A stretch of DNA of 64,000 nt from the human T2T-CHM13v2.0 reference genome, Homo sapiens: NCBI RefSeq assembly GCF_009914755.1, contig NC_060935.1. One strand, 5' to 3'. The notes below the pieces were generated by a model. That model was not told the DNA's origin. It was given only the letters and a program-made list of their open reading frames with translations, and did no database searches. Below, one piece after another: positions 55,180-64,000 of the stretch. The first letter of the stretch is position 1; the number at the start of each line of letters is the position of its first letter. Position numbers and translations under genes: made by a program.

Positions 55180-55492
55180 TCTTTTTTTTATTATTATTAT
55201 ACTTTAAGTTTTAGGGTACATGTGCACAGTGTGCAGGTTAGTTACATATGTATACGTGTGCCATGCTGGTGCGCTGCACCCACTAACTCGTCCTCTAGCA
55301 TTAGGTATATCTCCCAATGCTATCCCTCCCCCCTCCCCACTCCCCCGACCCCACAACAGTCCCCAGAGTGTGATGTTCCCCTTCCTTAGTCCAAGTGTTC
55401 TCGTAGTTCAATTCCCACCTATGAGTGAGAATATGCGGTGTTTGGTTTTTTTTTCTTGCGATAGTTTACTGAGAATGATGGTTTCCAATTTC
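55180..55492 (-). mobile_element. Short 5'-truncated young L1PA (PA2/PA3-like) 3' end
   Basis: ttattatactttaagttttagggtacatgtgcac...cactaactcgtc...gagaatgatggtttccaatttc. Carries the GAG (non-Ta) state rather than ACA. Confidence 0.85.
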
Positions 55493-56308
55493 AACAAAGA
55501 TATGAAATCTACTTTTGACAAGATCAAATGGAAATTCTGGAACTGAAAAATATAGGAATGAAATTAAGAATTTAATACATGGGTTAATAGCAGTTTAAAC
55601 ACCAAAGAAAAAGGGCTAGAAGATTATTGAACCAGAAGAAAAGTTAGTAGAAAACACCCAGATTGAAGCACAGAGAGAAAAAATACTGAAAAGAGAATAA
55701 GAGATACATGAGATATATTGAAAACATTATGAAATATATTTCACATATATTTATATTTGGAGTCTCAGAAGAGGAGAGTGCAACAGAAATAATATTTAAG
55801 AAATATTGTCCGAAAGTTTTCTAAAATCAGTGGAAAGCATCAAACCACAAATTGAAGAAGCGCTACAATCCTCAGTGGGATAAATACAAAGGGCCACACC
55901 TAGGCATGTCATAGTTGAATTACTGTAAGCCAAAGACAGAGAAAGCTTAAATGCAGTCAGAAATAAAAAGCATATTGTCTTCAAAGGTGCACCAGTAAGA
56001 TTGTCAGCTGATTTATTAATGAAAAATTGGATGAAGCCAGAACACAGTAGAAGTATATCTTGAATGTTCTGAAAGAAAATTGCTAACCTAGAATTCTCTA
56101 CCTATCAAAAGTATCCTTCAAAAATTATTTGGGTAAAAAGAAGCTTTCAAACAAATAAAAGAGTCACCCACGAATTCTACAGTGAAATAAATAACAAAAT
56201 AAATTCTTCAATTAGCAGGAAGATGATATGTGATGGAAGTTCAGATATGCATTAAGAAAAGAAAGGGTAAATATACGGTGAAAATTTACTTTAAAAAATA
56301 ATGATGTC

Positions 56309-56757
<449 letters not shown>

Positions 56758-57035
56758 TTACTGTAGTTGCTAGGAAAGCTACTCAAACAATAACAAAAGA
56801 CTAAATAACTAGCAACCTAACGAAGAACAAAAATGTGGAATAATAATAAAAATTTTTTGATCAATTCTAAAGGTGAGAAAAAACTAAAGTAACAAAGAAG
56901 AGATAAATAGGAAACAAATAGAATAATCATACATTTACTCAGCCTTATCAGTAATGTAAATTAAGTATAAATCGACTATATTTGTAATTAGGAACCAAAT
57001 ATTTTTGGATGAGATAATATATTAAAACCCAGTAA

Positions 57036-57225
57036 CAGATTGATTATCCCTTATCCAAAATGCTTGGGAGCAGAAGTATTTCAGATTTCAGATTTTTTTT
57101 TAGATTTTAGGGAATCTGAAATGCTCCAATGAGTATTTCCTTTGAGCATCATGTCAGCACTCAAAAAGTTTTGGATTTTGGAGCATTTTAGCTTTGAGTT
57201 TTTTGGATTTAGGATGCTCAACCTG
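57036..57225. mobile_element. Tigger4/MER46-like MITE (second copy)
   Basis: cagattgattatcccttatccaaaatgc ... ggatgctcaacctg|ta, homologous to 10883-11110. Confidence 0.8.
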
Positions 57226-58175
57226 TATATGCTTTTCGCAATAGACAAGCTTTGAGGGTACAAATTTGAAATGTATATTTATAAACTTGAAATACTTACA
57301 TATATATGTATATAAATATACACACACACCCCACACAATCCATAGGCACACATGCAGGCAGACAAAAACCAATAAGGATATAGAATATTTAAACAAAATT
57401 ATACCCATCAACTGCAGAATATACATTTTTTAAGTGTACATAGATTATTTATAAAAATAAACAATGTGCTGGACCATAAATCAAGTTTAAATAAATTGCA
57501 AAGTATTGAAATCACATGCGTTCTCTGACCACAGCGCAGTCAAAGTGCAGTCAAAGTAGAAATCAGTAACAGAAAGATAAATAGAAAAAATAAAAATATT
57601 TGGAAATTAAACAATATACAAAGGAAATTAGAACATTGTTTGCCTAAATGATGATGAAAATGATATGTAAATGTGCAGGAAGCACTTAAATAGCACATAG
57701 CGGGAAATTTATAACTTTAAATGCCTATATTAAAAATAAAGAAAGGTTGAAATCATGATCTAAACTTTAATTTTAGGAAGTTAAAAGCAAAATTAATTAA
57801 ACTCCTCCAAAATAGAAGGAAATAATAAAATCAGAACAAAAACTAGCAAAATAGAAAGAATTATGTTGTGGAAAATCAACAAAATCAAAAGTCGATTTTT
57901 AAAAAAAGATTAACAAAATTGATAAAGCTCTACTAAGACTGATCAAGTACAAAGAGAAAACACAACAGTATCAGGAATGAAAAGAGATGTATTACAATAG
58001 ATTCTACAGGTGTTAAATGGATGTGAATGCACAGCTTTATTTCAATAAATTTAACAATTAGTTGGAATGAACATATCCCTTGAAAAACACTGTTTATGAA
58101 ACTGATATACACACAGAAAAACATGCATAATCCTATGGCTATGAAAGAAAATTCATCCATAATTTAAAACGTTCA

Positions 58176-58179
<4 letters not shown>

Positions 58180-58216
<37 letters not shown>
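58180..58216. repeat. (CA)n microsatellite
   Basis: Seen directly. Confidence 0.97.
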
Positions 58217-58217
<1 letters not shown>

Positions 58218-58969
58218 AATCCACCCACCCATACCCTTGCCCAGATGGCTTCTTTGAGGAATTCCTCTAAAACCTTTCAGGGAAGAAATAACGCTGATCT
58301 TGCATAAAAGTTCTCGAAGAACAGAAAAAGAGAGAATGGTTTCCACCTCATTTTATAAGGCCAGCATAACCTTGATACCATAACCTGACTTAGATATTAT
58401 AAGTGTTGAGCAAAACAAATCAGACACAGAAGAGTAAATACTGTTTGATTCCATTAATATGAAATTCAAGAGCAGACACCACAATTGTAATCAGCATAAT
58501 GGTTATTCTTAGAGGAATGAGATACTGACTGGGAAATAGCATGAGGGAATCTTTTGGAATGCTGGAATGTTCTATATCTTTATCTGGATACTAATTGTAA
58601 GAGTATGTACATATGTATAAATTCATTGAGCTGTACACAAGATTTGTGCACTTTATGTTATATAAGACAAAATACTATAAACTCTGCCATAACACATGGA
58701 TATTCTCATCATCACATAATTTATCTTCTATCTTAATTGAATCCAATGTGCATTTCACTTGCTAACATTTTATTTTGACTGCATTTGATAAATGCCAACT
58801 TCTGATGGCAGCTGGCTTGAACAGCAGGGAGCATATGCCCTAGGCACCCCCATCCCTACAACTTTGGGAATAAAGGAATTAGCCTAACCTGGAGTTGACT
58901 ATGATAGAGTATCTAGTTTTCCCACTCTGTCTCGCTTGCTCACTTAAAACAGCATTATTTTCTTTATAG

Positions 58970-59119
<150 letters not shown>

Positions 59120-59941
59120 TAGCCACATGAGGCATGGTCCAGCTGTCAGGGTGGGTGGAAGGAAAAATGTACTACAATTGTAAAGGTTATTTAAATTCTA
59201 GCTTTCTAAGATGAGAGTGTGCTTTTTATACTTGGGGCCTGATAAGGGCAGCATAATTTTGAAACACTGACAAAAGTAAAAAATACGGAAGCAGCAGCTT
59301 CCAGTGTGTTTTAAGTGCTTAGAAAGACTGTCTATTTATTGCAGAGATAAGTAAGGAGGCATGGGTCTTGTTGGAAATCAAAGACATCCCGGTGACTTTT
59401 GCAATTGTAATGCTTAGAGCTTTTGAAAAACTTCTGTAAGCAACGTAATAATAATAGCTTGTATTTTGAGTGCTTACTCTGCCAGGGACTGTGCTAAGTG
59501 CTTTACGTGTATTACCTCAATTAATATTTCCAACACTCTGTGAGGAAAATAATAAGCAGAAGTGATCTAGAGGCATTACGGATTGCTATAGTCATTTGCT
59601 CAAGATTGTGGCAGAGGCTTCTAGCTACTTCCAGCAAAGAGATGGAGCAGTCAGAAGCTGCTCTTGGGCCTTCCTCCTTGTGTGAAGGAATCACAAGGCA
59701 CATGTGTCCTTGTAGAAACTGTGGCAGTGGCTTCTAGGCACAGCTTCTTTCTCACTGAAAATGCCTGAAGTTTTGGAGCTGGAAATTACTACTTCCTAGC
59801 TGCTCTGAAGTGAACCTGGCTGTCCAGCTCACAGACGTCAAGGCATTCCTGTAAGAGAACTAGACTGTTCTCCATTCTTCATTCTAATTGTCTCTCTCTT
59901 TCTGACCTCTCAGCCCTCCTTGTCTCCTGATTCTACCTTTT

Positions 59942-60247
<306 letters not shown>

Positions 60248-60891
60248 TAAATAGTGCTGTATATGGCTACCTGGTTAATCTTCATATAGGACCATCCTTT
60301 TCTCTTTCCTTTCCTGCCCACCTTCTTCCTTCTTTCATCCAGCCTTTTTGAAATGGTTACTGGGTTTTAGGCACTCTGAGAGGTGTTGAGAATACAGAAA
60401 AAAGAAGACAGTTCCTGCCTTCAAAGAAGCTCTCCGCTGATTTGGGAAGCTAGCAAGTAATGCTGTGAATGTAGAGGTCCTGTAGTGGAGTAGAGTGGTG
60501 TACTGAGTGCTGTGGTTGCAAAGGGGACAGGCATCTCTCCTCACTGGGACACCTCCTGAAGAGGGAGTGCCTGAGAGGAAGTCAGTATGTGCGTATGGTA
60601 AAAACAACAGCAAACATCTTTTTGTTTTGCTTGAGGTGAAGTTTGCTTCTATCTCCCCGACTCCATTACCAAAGGTAACATCTCAGAATGTAAGCATAAT
60701 TTTGTAGTTTTAAAACATATATGGGATTATACTAAACATGTTTTTCTGCCTTTTTTATTTTAGCACTAGATCATAGACTTATTTTTGTTTTATTCCATAT
60801 AGGTCTCCTTCAGTTTTTTAGGATGGCTGTATTAGTATTCAATTGTTTGGGTATATCGTATGTAATAGGTCTATTATTGATAGGTATTTAG

Positions 60892-61224
<333 letters not shown>

Positions 61225-62139
61225 TTTTTTTCTTCTTTCTAACAGTAACAAGGGGCATACTTTCATATGTTTACACATAAATATGTGAACATATCTACAG
61301 AATTAATTCCAACTAAGAAATTGCTTGAAGAAAATACACATTTTAAATGTTGATAGATATTAACAAATTGCCCTTTCAAAAGACTATATTAATGTATAGT
61401 TTCACAAATAACATTTGGGTGTTCTAGTTCTCCATGTCTTCAGCAATGCTGGGTACTTGAACTTTTGCTCATCTCATAGGTGAGAAATGATCTTCATGTG
61501 TATTTTTCAAGGGAAAGACTGATATCTTTGTCGAGTTTTCTCAGATAATTCTATTTGTATTTTTATTGTTATCACATTGCACTTTTAGATTGTTTTAGAC
61601 ATTTATTTGTTCAGTTGGTATTTATTGAATGCCTGCCTTGTTCCAGGCAGGGTGCTTGGTACTTTGAATGAACAAGGCAGAGAAGGAGCCATGCCTTTGG
61701 GAAACTTGCATTGCAATGGATCTTTCTATCTAGAAGAAAGATTTGTCTTTCTGGTAGAATTTACATTTTATATATATATATATATTTGTGTACATATATA
61801 TATTCCTTTACAAGTCTTGGTAAATATTTCTTAGATTTAAAATTTTTTCTTATACTCTAATAAAAGAATACTTTCTGATCTTATAGTTCTTAACTGGTTA
61901 CCATTTGTGTACAGACACATTTTGAACTTTGTAAATTAATTTTGCAACTATTCTGTTACTGAACTCTACAGTTGTTTACTTTTTTTAGTTGATTCTCTTA
62001 TATTTTTAGATATACAATTATATCTACAAATGCTAATTTTGCTTCCTTTTTCCAGTATTTGAAACTTTTATTTTTTCTTTTATCTAATTGCATTGGCTAG
62101 TACTTCCAGAACAATGTTAAATCATGATTTGAATGTTAA

Positions 62140-62625
62140 AAGAAAAGGGTAGGTATTATCTAGTCAGAGAAAGGAAGAAAAATTCCATCCAGAAGGAACA
62201 ACAAATTCAAAGATACAGAGGGACAGGGGAGCTTGGTAGTTTAAGGAACTTCAGAGAGTTCAGTGTGGCAACAGTGAAGGAAGCTTGGGAGGGAGAGGCA
62301 GAGGATGAAGCCTGGAGAGGGTCCAGATCACAAAACACCGTGTATCTTACATAAGGCATTGGAGTGTTATCTGTGAGAAACAAGTGATCACTGAAGCCTT
62401 TTAAACAAGGGAGTAATGTGATAAGATTGCATTTTGGGTCAGTCTCATCTTAGTGTGGAGAATGGATGATGCATGGCAGTGGGACCAGACTGGAGGCAGT
62501 AGACTGTTTGAGAAATGCAGATGAAAATTAATAGAGGACACATTTGAGTGGTATCTGGAAAAATGGACTGTTCTAATTGGTAAGTGAGGGAGAAGTTCAG
62601 AAGACTGAGGTATACTGTACGGTTT
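62140..62625 (-). mobile_element. L2 fragment
   Basis: Purine-rich L2-like text: gatcactgaagccttttaaacaagggagtaatgtgataagatt...gactggaggcag. Confidence 0.55.
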
Positions 62626-64000
62626 ATCCAGATAGGGAATTTGGTTGCATGAGGAGTCATGGGTGAGGATGGTATTGGCGTCCAAACTCAGTCTAACAGC
62701 AAGGCCCTCCACAATCTACCTTTCTTTTTTTTTCTTTTTTTTCTTTTTCTTTTTTTTTTTTCCTGTTCTCTTTCAAAGAGTTCTAGATTTCTGGCAGCAC
62801 AACTCAATCCTTCCTCTGTGTGCCCCTGCTTTTCATCCTCTGTGCCTTTGTGGCTGCTAGCCTTTTCCTTGGCACACCTTTCTTCCCCATCATCTGCAGA
62901 TTTATACAGGCTTCAGCAGCTGGCTGGTAAACTTTCTCCAGGAGGTTTTCTCAACCCCTTCAGCAGGAAGTAACTCTTAGAGCATGTTATCTGTGTTTCT
63001 TTTCCATCACTTAACATGTATAGAAGTAGAATTTCCTGTAAAGTTTTAAGCACCTTAAGGTCATTTCTGACCTTGGTGCTTCTCATAATACCTAGGACAA
63101 CTTAATTCAGACAGGAAGATCTTGACATATAAAGGAAAGAAAGAGGGATGGAGAGAGGGAGAAAGGGAAGGAAGGAGGAAGATTGGCAGACTAGGAGTTG
63201 AGCCATCTAAGACACATCCTGCTGGAAAGGTAGGGAAAGTGGTAGATTGTTTCTCATCTGTAAAGTGGTTGTAATGAGACTAACCCAATGACTTATCTAA
63301 GATCATTGGCAAGTTGGCAAGTAATTGGCAAGTTGTGTGAACAAGTGATAACTCAGGTCTTCTACGTGCAGATTATCTTGAATTGCCTATGGAATTATAG
63401 GGGAGCCCTTGAGCCTCCTCTGGGCTGAAATGTTACTACTGTTCCAAGCAAATGGTACAAGCTTGAGATGAAAAATATTACATCTGTTCCTCTGCAGGAG
63501 AATTCATACTGGTGCAGGCGAATTCATAAAGAATTCTGTCTGGTCATGACCCAGACAGAAAGTACAGCAATAGTGGGACTTTATCCTATACTTTTATCTA
63601 AAGCTCTAAGAGATGTTTAATAAGAATAAAGGGTTGGAATTTAGTTCTTTTTTATAAGAATATAGGTAGGCTAGGAAAAATAGAATATGAAATTTTGCAG
63701 TTTTGAAATAGATATGTTTTAATTCAGGACAGAATGGTCAAAGTGCTAAACTCTTAACAATTTGAGAGGTAACATAAGCATAAAAAGCATAAATCAAGGT
63801 ATATAACTGGAAAATATATTCTCTATATATTTTTAACTCTTTCTTAAATAATCCTTTTTAGGATACTTTGGTATTTATCACATTTCTAGCTCAGGTGACA
63901 AGAGCCCTGATTTAAAGCAGTGGGTTATACATTTCTCCATCTTCAGTGAAAGCAACTGATGGGAGGCCTGAATAGCGATGGTTTATTTATAGTTTACTTC

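Overview
Human (primate) genomic DNA from inside the EXT2 gene (exostosin glycosyltransferase 2, heparan-sulfate co-polymerase; 11p11.2), transcribed on the + strand. Five coding exons splice in frame with canonical AG/GT boundaries: 1528-1644, 12152-12347, 14179-14318, 17411-17504 and 58970-59101 (conventionally exons 4-8). They encode part of the N-terminal exostosin/GT47 domain. An additional in-frame cassette exon lies at 31614-31706 (or -31712) in the 41.5-kb intron 7. The rest is intron, dense in Alu, L1, L2, MIR, LTR (MER21, MLT1) and DNA-transposon remnants (MER20, MER3, MER58/MER1, MER2, Tigger). Almost all ORFs in the supplied track are spurious or repeat-derived. I found no new protein-coding system. 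The most intriguing unexplained structure is a paralogous module present twice in intron 7 (22084-22260 and 31741-31910). It has two invariant blocks at identical 75-bp spacing plus a third 25-nt block that is inverted between the copies, and the second copy sits directly behind the cassette exon. Also notable are a perfect 157-bp tandem duplication, an older ~235-bp tandem duplication, a very young AluYa-type insertion, and same-orientation AluY elements flanking exon 8. Repeat family names and repeat boundaries come from recognition by eye and are approximate.
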